A DNA stretch of 51,620 nt from Bdellovibrionota bacterium (GTDB lineage: Bacteria > Bdellovibrionota_C > UBA2361 > JBIIDM01): contig JBIIDM010000004.1 in NCBI GenBank assembly GCA_044238365.1, positions 1-51,620 on the forward strand, read 5' to 3'. The position numbers and the translations under genes are program-made. The notes beneath the pieces are model-generated. The model saw only the letters and a list, made by a program, of their open reading frames with translations, made no database searches and was not told where the DNA came from. Shown piece after piece: positions 29,703 to 39,047 of the stretch. Within the stretch, counting starts at the first letter, position 1. Every line of letters begins with the position of its first letter.

Positions 29703-32700
29703 ATGAGAGTTACACGGCTTGAGCTTTTTGGGTTTAAGTCTTTTCCGGAGCGGGCCATTCTTCCTCTTGAGGGTGGGATTACTGGTATTGTAGGACCTAA
29801 CGGATGTGGAAAATCCAACGTAGTCGATGCTTTAAGGTGGGTGTTGGGCGAAACACGAGCGAGCCAGTTGCGGGGCGGTTTGCTTGAAGATGTGATTTTC
29901 AACGGCACAGAGGGATTACGACCACTCGGTTTAGCCGAGGTTACTCTGACCCTACGTTCCAACGATGTGGGCTACTTTGGGGGGCTTACGTCCCCGATGG
30001 CTGAGGCCAAAGCCGTTATGGAGGCAGTCGTAAGTGAGCAGTCTGCTATTGAGATGACTGAAGATACAATACCCGATGGTGGTCCAGCTGCCCTAATAGG
30101 CGAGCAGTTCTCCTTGTCACCCGGTTCGTCACTGGAAGGGCAGCCGAATATTGAGGCAAACGAAATACTGGATCCGGATTCAGCTACCTTTGCTCGCCGT
30201 TTTTCCTGGCTGGCAGATGTATCCGAAGTCCAGGTTACACGCCGTTTATATAGGAGTGGCGAGTCTGAGTTCTTTATTAACAAGGTACAGTGCAGATTAA
30301 AGGACTTGAAAGATTTCTTCCGTGCGGTAGGAATCTCAGCCCGTTCATATACGATTGTCGCGCAGGGCGAGGTAGGACGAATAGTAACCTCTAAGCCTGC
30401 TGATCGCAGGGCTATTCTAGAGGAAGCCGCCGGAGTCGCCGGTTTTCGGGATCAGGCTGCAGAAGCCGGGCGGCGCTTGGCTGAAACGCTACAAAATGTC
30501 ACTCGGATTGATGATATTGTCAATGAACTTGGTCGTCAGGTGCAATCTTTGTCACGTCAGGCGCAACGAGCAGAGCGACGTGCTCAGATCAAGGACCAGG
30601 TGGCCCGTTTAGAGGAATTAGTTTATTTTCATCGAAAGGTTCTTTTTGAAGGATTTAAGGAGAAGTTTTTTGATAGGGATGCGGCTCTAGAGGCAGAAGA
30701 GGAGGCCTTGCAGGACAGATACGATGCAGCGCTGCAGAGTGAGGCAGATAGTCGCGAGCAGTATGAGACCATTGAGCAGCGCCTGGATTCGTTGCAGGCC
30801 GATCTCGATTCGTCTCGTAGCGAAGCGACTCGCGTTGAACGTGAGCGGTCTCGGGTTATTCGGGAATTAAGCGAAGCCCAGTCAATTATTCGAAATGTAG
30901 ATCAGGATATCGAAAGGCTTCAGACGCGGGCAGAGACCTTGGAGCAGCGTCGAGGTCAAGCATTAGATGAGATTGCGCAGCTAGAGAGTGATGATTTTGC
31001 GCTTGAGGAGCGCATAGTTGGGGCTGAGGCGTTCACTGAAGAGGCAATTGAGCAAATCAGGGATGATTTACGCGCTAAACGAACGAGCCTAAACGAAGGA
31101 GAGAGGTATTTTAGAACTGCTCGCGAACATTTTATAGCGGCGCAGAGTCGCTGTGGAGCAGTTGAAGAACAGGTAGCTGCTGCATCACCTTTAGGGGTGT
31201 TGCATGAAGGAGCTGGCGCTCCGTTTGCTCGAGCGATTGAAGCCAGGGTTAATCTGCTTGCAGACCTCTTAACGGTTCCGGAGGGCAAGGCAAAGGCAGT
31301 TCAGGCATGGTTGGATGTAGCAGCGCAGTTCTTTGTTGCTGAGGATCCGCTTAGCCTTGGGTCGGAGTTTTTAGAATTTCTCGAGTCCTTGCCGGAATCT
31401 CAAAGAGGAAGTCTTGGGATCGGCGCCTACAGAGCCCACCCGGCTGATTCCGACTCCTCCCTATCCTCCTTAAACGATTATGTGCCTTTTGTTCCTTTGA
31501 AATCGTGCCTTTCCTATGAACCGAAGTTCGAAGGGCTTATATCGGTGCTTTTCAGGGACGTGTTCTTTGTTGATTCAACTGCAGAAGCTCTTCATTTTCT
31601 TCAGGAGAACGTGGCCGACCTTCCCCTTACGCTTACACTAGTCAGTGCACAGGGTGAGCTAATAACTCGCAACTCCTTTTTCAGTAAACGGCATGAGGGC
31701 GGGGCGATTCAATTGAAGTCTCAGTTGGATGGCCTACGGTCTGAAGTGGTACTTCATCAGGAGGCCCAGGAGATCGCGCTTCAGGAGTGTCAAGTGCTGG
31801 AAGACGAGATAGCCGTTCTGGAAGACCGCTATCAATCTGCTCTGGACAACCAACAAGTGCAGCAGCGAGAGGTTCGCGAATTAGGGCGCCAGCAAGGAAG
31901 CGTGAAGGGACGGTTAATCGCAGTACAGCAACTGCTGGCTCAGATTGGAACCGATATTTCCTTTGTTCAGCAGGAAATCGCGCAGAATCGACTCCTGCGC
32001 ACATCGAACGAACAGCGAGGTGCAGAGGCACAAGAGGCGCTTGAGATGTACGAGTCTCATTCACTGCAAGATATCGAAGAGCGGATTGAATTGTTGCGAG
32101 AGGGTATTGATCAGTCAATTTCCGCGAGGGCTGAATTACGCGAGAACTTTGATACTTTGAGAGCTGAGACTGAACGTTTAGGTGCGATGGTTGATGATGT
32201 GCGAAGTAGTCGCTCGCAGCATGCACTTGAGGCTCGTCGGATTGAGATTGAATTTGAGAGTCTTAAGGAGCGAATACTTGAAGAACACGGGCCCGACCGA
32301 CTTGAAAATCTTGATCAGTCCTTTTCCGCACTCGAAAATCCTGAACCCCTTCCAGAGGCAGCTCTTGCGCAGATTCAGGACGATTTGCGAGAACAGCGCG
32401 CTTCTTTGCTGAGAATTGGTGAGGTAGATCCCACAGTAGTAGAGACGTATAGGGTCGAGAACGAACGTCTGTTAGAGCTCAAAGGCCAGTCGGAGGATCT
32501 TACCCGTGGGGCCAAAGTGCTTTCAGAGTCGATCGAACGATTGACCAAGACATCGGAGGAGCGGTTCTTGGCAACTTTTGCTGCCGTTCGGGATTGCTTT
32601 TCGGGCCTTATCCCTCGGTTATTTGGTGGCGGGAGCGGTGACTTAGAGTTGAGTAATCCGAATGCGCCGCTCGATTCTGGAGTCGATATTCTGGTAAAAC

Positions 32701-33029
32701 CTCCAGGAAAGAAACCAAAAAGTATCGATGTTCTTTCAGGGGGAGAGAAGGCTCTCTGTGCAACGGCATTAATTTTCTCACTTTTCCGTCAACGTCCTAG
32801 TCCGTTATGCGTGCTGGATGAGGTTGATGCCCCGCTGGACGAAGCCAATCTGAATCGATTTCTGGATCTTATTCGGGATACCTGCGATATAACCCAGTTT
32901 CTCCTCATTACCCATAATAAGGTTTCGATGGGCGCGTCGGATCGCCTAGTGGGAGTCACGATGCCTCAGCCTGGAGCTTCTCGACTTATTTCGGTTTCGC
33001 TCCAGGAAGCAGAACGCCATGTGGCGTAA
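29703..33029 (+). CDS. smc: Chromosome segregation protein SMC
   Basis: Walker A GPNGCGKSN, Q-loop VAQG, coiled coils, signature LSGGEK, Walker B LDEVDAPLD; adjacent to ftsY. Confidence 0.95.
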   Translation: MRVTRLELFGFKSFPERAILPLEGGITGIVGPNGCGKSNVVDALRWVLGETRASQLRGGLLEDVIFNGTEGLRPLGLAEVTLTLRSNDVGYFGGLTSPMAEAKAVMEAVVSEQSAIEMTEDTIPDGGPAALIGEQFSLSPGSSLEGQPNIEANEILDPDSATFARRFSWLADVSEVQVTRRLYRSGESEFFINKVQCRLKDLKDFFRAVGISARSYTIVAQGEVGRIVTSKPADRRAILEEAAGVAGFRDQAAEAGRRLAETLQNVTRIDDIVNELGRQVQSLSRQAQRAERRAQIKDQVARLEELVYFHRKVLFEGFKEKFFDRDAALEAEEEALQDRYDAALQSEADSREQYETIEQRLDSLQADLDSSRSEATRVERERSRVIRELSEAQSIIRNVDQDIERLQTRAETLEQRRGQALDEIAQLESDDFALEERIVGAEAFTEEAIEQIRDDLRAKRTSLNEGERYFRTAREHFIAAQSRCGAVEEQVAAASPLGVLHEGAGAPFARAIEARVNLLADLLTVPEGKAKAVQAWLDVAAQFFVAEDPLSLGSEFLEFLESLPESQRGSLGIGAYRAHPADSDSSLSSLNDYVPFVPLKSCLSYEPKFEGLISVLFRDVFFVDSTAEALHFLQENVADLPLTLTLVSAQGELITRNSFFSKRHEGGAIQLKSQLDGLRSEVVLHQEAQEIALQECQVLEDEIAVLEDRYQSALDNQQVQQREVRELGRQQGSVKGRLIAVQQLLAQIGTDISFVQQEIAQNRLLRTSNEQRGAEAQEALEMYESHSLQDIEERIELLREGIDQSISARAELRENFDTLRAETERLGAMVDDVRSSRSQHALEARRIEIEFESLKERILEEHGPDRLENLDQSFSALENPEPLPEAALAQIQDDLREQRASLLRIGEVDPTVVETYRVENERLLELKGQSEDLTRGAKVLSESIERLTKTSEERFLATFAAVRDCFSGLIPRLFGGGSGDLELSNPNAPLDSGVDILVKPPGKKPKSIDVLSGGEKALCATALIFSLFRQRPSPLCVLDEVDAPLDEANLNRFLDLIRDTCDITQFLLITHNKVSMGASDRLVGVTMPQPGASRLISVSLQEAERHVA

Positions 33030-33042
33030 AGGGTAAAGCAGG

Positions 33043-34287
33043 ATGTACGGAAACGAATATATAGATTGGTTGTTCCAAGTTTTGGACCAGTGGTCGCTTC
33101 AGTTTGGGTCTGGTGACACCACGTTGGATCTTATAGTAGTGGCATGTGTTATTGGGGTGGTATTCAGTTTGGTTGGTCAACTGGATCTTGCTGAAGTTCA
33201 TGTGCGCGAGGGTGCTGGTGAAGATACTGCCTCAGGTGAAATTGCCTTCGGCAGTACAGTGAGCGAGGTGCCTGTTTCAGCTGAGAAACCGAAGGTACAA
33301 CTTCAAAGTCAGCTAGGTCGCTCAAGAAATGCATTCTGGTCAAGGATCAAGGAAGCTTTGGGTGGTGGTTCTCGCCTAACTGGCGAAACGTTTGACGTTT
33401 TAGAAGCGGCGCTCCTTGCAAGTGATATCGGCCCAGGTATAACCCAACATCTTATGGATTCTGTACTAGAACACGCTAAGGAAGGGGGTGTTGAATTTTC
33501 AATTGAGAATTTGAAGAGAGTTTTAGAGGACGAAATAACAAAGGTTCTTAGTCAGAATGAGGGAAATAGTCAGGAATTGGCAGCAGCAACATCCGGTGTT
33601 GCGGTTATTATGATTATTGGTGTCAACGGAGCGGGAAAAACTACGACAATTGCCAAGCTGGCAAATCGCTATCAGAAGATGGGGAAACGAGTCCTGTTGG
33701 TTGCTGCTGATACATTTCGCGCTGCGGCGATAGAGCAACTGGAGCTATGGGGTAAAAGATCAGGTGTGCCGGTCTTTCGGGGTCCAGATAGTGCCAAGCC
33801 GGCCAGTGTGGTGTTCGATGGGGTAAAAGCGGGAGTGGACGGTCGGTATGATATCGTTCTTATCGATACGGCGGGTCGTTTACATACAAAAAACAACCTG
33901 ATGCAGGAGTTGGAGGGGATAACTAACAGCGTGCGCAAGATAATCCCCGGAGGGCCTCATGAACGGTGGCTGGTTCTTGATGGGACGTCTGGTCAGAATG
34001 GCCTTATCCAGGCCCGACAGTTTCATGAGAGTGTTCCGTTGACGGGGGTTATAGTAACAAAATTGGATGGTACGTCTAAAGGCGGTGTTGTCGTTTCGGT
34101 GGTAAGCGAGCTAGGTGTTCCTGTACGTTTTATCGGTGTTGGGGAAGGGCCTGAGGATCTTCAGGTTTTTGATGCCAGAGAATTTGCTCACGCTCTATTT
34201 GGAATAGATGATGGCGGGGTGCAAAATAAAGACGTTAAACAGACAGAGCATGGCAGCGTGAGAAGGCGCAAGAGAGGGGGCGCATGA
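33043..34287 (+). CDS. ftsY: SRP receptor FtsY
   Basis: GVNGAGKTTTIAKLA, DTFRAAA, DTAGRLH, TKLDG..KGG, GVGE. Confidence 0.97.
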   Translation: MYGNEYIDWLFQVLDQWSLQFGSGDTTLDLIVVACVIGVVFSLVGQLDLAEVHVREGAGEDTASGEIAFGSTVSEVPVSAEKPKVQLQSQLGRSRNAFWSRIKEALGGGSRLTGETFDVLEAALLASDIGPGITQHLMDSVLEHAKEGGVEFSIENLKRVLEDEITKVLSQNEGNSQELAAATSGVAVIMIIGVNGAGKTTTIAKLANRYQKMGKRVLLVAADTFRAAAIEQLELWGKRSGVPVFRGPDSAKPASVVFDGVKAGVDGRYDIVLIDTAGRLHTKNNLMQELEGITNSVRKIIPGGPHERWLVLDGTSGQNGLIQARQFHESVPLTGVIVTKLDGTSKGGVVVSVVSELGVPVRFIGVGEGPEDLQVFDAREFAHALFGIDDGGVQNKDVKQTEHGSVRRRKRGGA

Positions 34288-34300
34288 GGTACTTAAAAGA

Positions 34301-34349
34301 AAGGGGGAGCTTTCTCTGAATTACTCCATTGAAGAAGCTCATCCCTTTT
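34301..34349. terminator. Probable bidirectional terminator
   Basis: AAAGGGGGAGCTT ... AAGCTCATCCCTTTT imperfect inverted repeat between convergent genes. Confidence 0.5.
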
Positions 34350-34384
34350 GATTAACACGTTACCCGTTATCCGGAAAAACCTGC

Positions 34385-34819
34385 TTATCGATTCCGGTTT
34401 AGGGATCTTGAACTTGAAAGGGAAGATGTACGGTTGAAAAAATCATCAACCCTTTCTTTATAAGCTTTAGCGTCAACGTTATTGGGCGCTACTTTCTCGG
34501 TCAGCACGGTGCTGAAATTTTTGAAATATGCTAAAAGAGATTTATTTGGGATGAAATGAATTCCCGTCAACTCCCTTGGCAGTTTGATACGTTGGCGTTT
34601 ATTAACCAAGCCAGCCTTTATCCCTTGCTCAATAAGCAATTCTACGAGGATTGAGTACGAGACTAACTCTTCATACTCTTTCCTATCTAAATACCTGGTA
34701 TTACTGACCGTATCCAGTAGGTCTTGTATCATCTGCTGGATTGTAGGTATAGAAAACTCTGTATACTCTCGTTGGCAAAACGCAGTTTCGACGGTCTCTG
34801 GCATCGTTAATGTGACCAT
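34385..34819 (-). CDS. Hypothetical protein
   Basis: 144-aa ATG ORF with a plausible promoter and terminator; no family recognised. Confidence 0.65.
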   Translation of the reverse strand: MVTLTMPETVETAFCQREYTEFSIPTIQQMIQDLLDTVSNTRYLDRKEYEELVSYSILVELLIEQGIKAGLVNKRQRIKLPRELTGIHFIPNKSLLAYFKNFSTVLTEKVAPNNVDAKAYKERVDDFFNRTSSLSSSRSLNRNR

Positions 34820-34844
34820 AACCTAAACCATTGTGTTTTGCCTT

Positions 34845-34872
34845 ACTCTATCCCATTGGACAGTTGCGTCAA
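34845..34872 (-). promoter_or_regulatory. Putative sigma-70 promoter
   Basis: Minus strand TTGACG-N16-TAGAGT, 25 nt before the ATG at 34819. Confidence 0.4.
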
Positions 34873-35078
34873 GCCCCCAGCACTATTGCTCGCTCGAAAT
34901 TTGATAACCTACGGCTTTTTAGGGTTTTCCTCGTGAATTTAGTTTGGTAACCTCCCTAAGAGCACTAATAATTGCCGAAAGGGCAAACATTCCGAGCGTA
35001 GGAGGGTCTGGCATTGCATTTTCGGGCAATCATATGGTTTTCGAAATTTATTTGTATAGGCACGCGCAAACTCGAGCC

Positions 35079-35226
35079 ATACCGGTTTCAGTTCAAAATG
35101 TCTGAAGGCTCTACTTTTTGGAATGGGCCATATTGATCCTATTGGGTTTCTCCCTTGTAGGGACTTTGCTCCTCAAAAGATATGCCGGGCCCTGTTTTTT
35201 TTCTGACTTTCTGAAGTGGAGCCAGC
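35079..35226. repeat. Family B element (uninterrupted, decayed right end)
   Basis: Starts ATACCGGTTTCAGTTCAAAATG (similar end at 25931-25952; fragment at 23170-23196); body homologous to 29472-29614. Confidence 0.75.
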
Positions 35227-35269
35227 GCAAATAGGGACCGTTTAATTAACCACATAGCCTGGACTACTT

Positions 35270-35650
35270 ATGAGCATTACCCCTGATCGGCTCCTTCGGA
35301 TGCTTCACGATAGTAGGGCCAGAGGCCATGGACAACGCCTTAGACACGTTCAGGTTTCCGATAGATCAGGTAAAGATTTCGCTCTGCCTATGGGAGGCGC
35401 GGGCGAACTCCCCGGTGGTAAGGATCCTCAACGCCGGCTTGTTGCCGGATGCGTTTCAAAATTGAGAGCGCTCGGACTTACGCAGGTGGCAGCCATTTTT
35501 ACCTGGTCAGTTATACCTATTGCGCCGCTTTTGTCCCATCTCGGGATAATCATCTTTGGTCGTGAGTACGAAGATCAGCCGATGTGGTGGCAGGTGTTCA
35601 GCTCCCCGGAGCTACTGGCGTCGTTGAGTGATCAACTGCACGAGGAATAA
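35270..35650 (+). CDS. Hypothetical protein, possible first gene of the operon
   Basis: 126-aa ORF ending 3 nt before the next ATG. Confidence 0.5.
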   Translation: MSITPDRLLRMLHDSRARGHGQRLRHVQVSDRSGKDFALPMGGAGELPGGKDPQRRLVAGCVSKLRALGLTQVAAIFTWSVIPIAPLLSHLGIIIFGREYEDQPMWWQVFSSPELLASLSDQLHEE

Positions 35651-35653
35651 AGT

Positions 35654-36463
35654 ATGAGTGGGGTCGAGCACGCATCGCCGGCGATGATCGTTTTGCTTTT
35701 GGTGAGCCTGGGGCCCGTACTCTATTTTGTACGGTTATTTCGGCGCCATGAAGAGAAGCGCAACACGTACGTCAGGAGAATACCCGGCATCGATGCAATT
35801 GACGAATCGGTGGGGCACGCAGCTGAGGCAGGTCGACCTCTTAGTTTTTGCACTGGACTTACCGGGGTTGGCCCAACGTTGTACGCCTGCCTCGGAGTAC
35901 TGCATTATGTAACCCGAAAGACAGCCCGATTGAAGAATCCACTTTTTGTACCGCAGACGTCACCTGCTGCTATGGCTATTGTCGAAGACATCGTCAGAGA
36001 TGGTTATCGAATAGAGGGAAGAATAACGTCCTTTGACCCCCGACGAATTCGTTTTTTGTCCGAAGAGCAATTCGCCTTTGCGTCGGGATACATTGGTATG
36101 GTTCATCGTGAAAATGTTGGGGCAGCGTTCCTTTTCGGATCGTTTGCGGCGGAGTCTCTTATTCTTGCGGAAGCGGGACAACAGATCGGTGCCATGCAGG
36201 TTGCCGCGAGTGTGAGCCCCGAGCAGGTTGCCTTTTTCATATGTACCTGCGATTACACACTCATCGGAGAAGAATTATACGCTGCGTCAGCCTACCTTAG
36301 CCGTGAATCTGTCCAGATGGGAAGTTTGTACGGACAAGATCGCGCGAAACTTATATTCCTTATTATAATAGTCGTTGGAGTACTCTATTCGACCTTGATA
36401 GCAGTTTCTCCCCAATTCAATGTGGTCTCTTTAGAAGAGATTTTAATGGGAGGATGGTGGTAG
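35654..36463 (+). CDS. Conserved membrane protein (DUF6754-like)
   Basis: RRIPGIDAIDE.VG.AAE.GRP, QFAFASG, F.AESLILAEAG...GA.Q, CDYTLIGEELYAASAYLS; N- and C-terminal TM. Confidence 0.8.
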   Translation: MSGVEHASPAMIVLLLVSLGPVLYFVRLFRRHEEKRNTYVRRIPGIDAIDESVGHAAEAGRPLSFCTGLTGVGPTLYACLGVLHYVTRKTARLKNPLFVPQTSPAAMAIVEDIVRDGYRIEGRITSFDPRRIRFLSEEQFAFASGYIGMVHRENVGAAFLFGSFAAESLILAEAGQQIGAMQVAASVSPEQVAFFICTCDYTLIGEELYAASAYLSRESVQMGSLYGQDRAKLIFLIIIVVGVLYSTLIAVSPQFNVVSLEEILMGGWW

Positions 36464-37479
36464 TGGAAAGAAGTATCCGCTCAATTCTAATTGTTGGTGT
36501 TACGTTCTTGGGGGGTCTCTATTTCGTACTAGAGTTTCTGCTTCCTGCATCTGCGCTGAAGGCAATCGGAGTATTAGAAGCTCATGAAGCAATTACTAAT
36601 GGCTTTATTACCGTAGGATCCATGGCGTTGGCACTGGGAGTAGTTAATATAGTCATGGTTCACGGAAGTCGGATACTCTACCTTCGCCGTGACTGGGCCT
36701 ATAGTATCGTCTTGGTTATGGGTATGGTCATAATGGGAATCGTCTCATTTTGGGATTGGTATAACTCATTGCAAAGCTCGTCTCCCCAGACAAAGGCGGG
36801 TGTTTTAGCCGATTTTTCGCTTGATATTGCAGCGCAGATTAGGAATGAATCACATGTAGGCATATTGCCTGTAGAGGAACGCCTTGAGTATCTCAGGGAC
36901 GCAGTAGTCTTCTTTTTTGCCGATCTAACATTGAACGGGGAAAGTCTTGCTAAAAATATAGAAGTTCAAAAGTTTCTTGGGAAGTGTCGAGCAGACATTG
37001 CTGATATAAGGGCGGCGAATGCTGAAACACCTAACAATCTCGCTGCGCTTTCGGAGCATCTTCGATCTTACGGTGCGTATGTTAGTCAGGTATTACGGGA
37101 CGAGAGCAATAGATCGGTAATCGGGAGTGGTAATAAATTTCTGGTAGAAGGGCTCTTTAATTCTTTGGGCGCGGCCATGTTTTCACTGCTCTCTGTGTAT
37201 ATTGCGGCTGCCGCTTATAGAGCTTTTCGAATTCGAACTTTTGAGTCTGGTTTGATGATGGTATCGGCGGTAGTAGTAATTTTAGGTCAAACTTCATTTG
37301 GGGTGTATGTCTGGAGTGGGATGCCGGATTTTCGGCAGTGGTTGCTCGAGGTGCCTAACGCGGCGGCCTTTAGAGCAATTAAAATTGGTTCGAGTGTTGC
37401 GGCGCTAGTGATGGCATTTCGGATGTGGCTTTCGATTGAATCAGATTCATTTAGTAGAACAAACGATCGGGCGCTATGA
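36454..37479 (+). CDS. Conserved polytopic membrane protein
   Basis: Several TM helices around a helical extracytoplasmic domain; MFSLL..YIA.AAYRAFR.R..E and VPN.AA.RAI motifs. Confidence 0.85.
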   Translation: MVVVERSIRSILIVGVTFLGGLYFVLEFLLPASALKAIGVLEAHEAITNGFITVGSMALALGVVNIVMVHGSRILYLRRDWAYSIVLVMGMVIMGIVSFWDWYNSLQSSSPQTKAGVLADFSLDIAAQIRNESHVGILPVEERLEYLRDAVVFFFADLTLNGESLAKNIEVQKFLGKCRADIADIRAANAETPNNLAALSEHLRSYGAYVSQVLRDESNRSVIGSGNKFLVEGLFNSLGAAMFSLLSVYIAAAAYRAFRIRTFESGLMMVSAVVVILGQTSFGVYVWSGMPDFRQWLLEVPNAAAFRAIKIGSSVAALVMAFRMWLSIESDSFSRTNDRAL

Positions 37480-38345
37480 AGTTTCAGAGTGTAAAATCGG
37501 TGTTGGCACGAAGATTAATTTATATCGCGGTGATCCTCACGGTATTTATTCCACTCGCCTTCAAGGTTGCTATTGCCCCAGCCCGGTTAAAATCTGCAGA
37601 AGCTATAAAGTTGCTCGTCGACGAGTTGCCGAATGACTCGTTCGGAATGTTGTTTTTTGATTTTGGTCCTAGCACTCGCGCTGAGAATGAACCTCAGGCT
37701 GAGGTCATTCTGGAACATTTGTTACGGCGCCGAGTAAGGGTTGCTATATTTACCCTTCTACCTCTAGCTGAGGGGTTCTTAAAGAGTGTTCCCGAGCGGG
37801 TAATTAAAAGACTCGAAGCAGAAATGCCAGGTGAGAAGTGGGTATATGGCGTTGATTGGATCAATATGGGCTATCGGATCGGGGACTCTTTATTTTTACA
37901 GGGACTTGCTAAATCGGATGATATTCCAAAATATCTTGGCAAGGATTTCTCCGGGCTAAAGATCTCTGATTTGAAGGTATTCGCCAATGTTAAGACGTTG
38001 CGGGATATTGATATAGTTGGGCAGTTCAGTGGCGTTGTCGGGATTTTTGATTCTTACATCCAGTTTCTTCAGCAGGGCGGATATATTCCGACGATTATTC
38101 ATGGCTGTACTTCAATTACAATTCCTGAAGCGTATATATACCTTGACTCAGGTCAACTAAAGGGCATTCTTGAGGGGCTATCCGGTGCTGCTTGGTATTC
38201 GAAATTACTTAAAGATACCTTTCAGAAACGAGAGCCGGATCAGGCGCTGCTTGCTAATACGGCGCTGGGATTTTCGCAAATGCTGGTGCTTATTTTAATA
38301 GCTCTCGGTAATCTCAATATGATGTTCAAGGGGAGGGAGGGGTGA
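37476..38345 (+). CDS. Conserved membrane-anchored protein with alpha/beta extracytoplasmic domain
   Basis: N- and C-terminal TM; D..PS..AE..P, YG.DW.N.GY, Y..SGQL.G...GL.GAA.Y motifs; ATGA overlap. Confidence 0.85.
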   Translation: MKFQSVKSVLARRLIYIAVILTVFIPLAFKVAIAPARLKSAEAIKLLVDELPNDSFGMLFFDFGPSTRAENEPQAEVILEHLLRRRVRVAIFTLLPLAEGFLKSVPERVIKRLEAEMPGEKWVYGVDWINMGYRIGDSLFLQGLAKSDDIPKYLGKDFSGLKISDLKVFANVKTLRDIDIVGQFSGVVGIFDSYIQFLQQGGYIPTIIHGCTSITIPEAYIYLDSGQLKGILEGLSGAAWYSKLLKDTFQKREPDQALLANTALGFSQMLVLILIALGNLNMMFKGREG

Positions 38346-39046
38346 TGGGATGGGATGACGCCACCATTTTTGTTGGGGGTATAGCAACGCTGGGTATTTA
38401 CACCTTTCTCATTAAGGAAAACCCCGTTTATCGTTTCTTCGAGCACCTTTTTATTGGAATTGCGACCGGTTTTGTTCCGATACTTACCATTCAGAATTTT
38501 CTTTGGCCGAACATTCTTAGTCCACTTCTCGGGTTCGACGTTGTTGTATATCCGGATGGGTCAGTCGTCAAGGGCTATCAGTTTTCATACCTGGCTTATT
38601 TAGTGCCCATGGCCTTTGGGTCGTTGTATTATACTATTTTTAGCGCACGGTTCAGTTGGCTATCAAAGTTGGTTATTGGATTTTCGTTGGGAGCTGCGGC
38701 GGGGATGTCGTTTAAGGGTTTTTTCGCCGAAATGATTCCGCAACTTTTGAGTAGTTTTAAACCGCTGGTCGTGTTTAACGGGCCATCGCTTAACATTCTG
38801 TCATCCTTGAGCAATGTCATCTTTGTCGTCACTCTTCTGGTGGTAATGTGGTACTTTTTCTTTACGATTAAGTTCGAGGGGGCAGGAGCACGGGTGGTGA
38901 ATACCTCTGGACGATGGTTGATGATGGTTTGCTTCGGCGCATTCTTCGGGTCAACGGTGATGGCACGTATGGCGCTCCTTGTTGAACGTGTGGGTTTTAT
39001 GACGATTGAGTGGTGGGGTGTCGTGCTGAAATTATCGGGTACGTAA
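38342..39046 (+). CDS. Conserved polytopic membrane protein
   Basis: TL.IY.FL..ENP.YRF.EHLFIG, YFFFT, GRW.MM..FGA.FG.TVMAR; GTGA overlap. Confidence 0.85.
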   Translation: MMGWDDATIFVGGIATLGIYTFLIKENPVYRFFEHLFIGIATGFVPILTIQNFLWPNILSPLLGFDVVVYPDGSVVKGYQFSYLAYLVPMAFGSLYYTIFSARFSWLSKLVIGFSLGAAAGMSFKGFFAEMIPQLLSSFKPLVVFNGPSLNILSSLSNVIFVVTLLVVMWYFFFTIKFEGAGARVVNTSGRWLMMVCFGAFFGSTVMARMALLVERVGFMTIEWWGVVLKLSGT

Positions 39047-39047
39047 C

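Noticed and set aside
34975-35010. GGGCAAAC suggesting a c-di-GMP-I riboswitch
   Set aside because: No GAAA-capped P2 stem or downstream GACGCAAA motif in the right arrangement.
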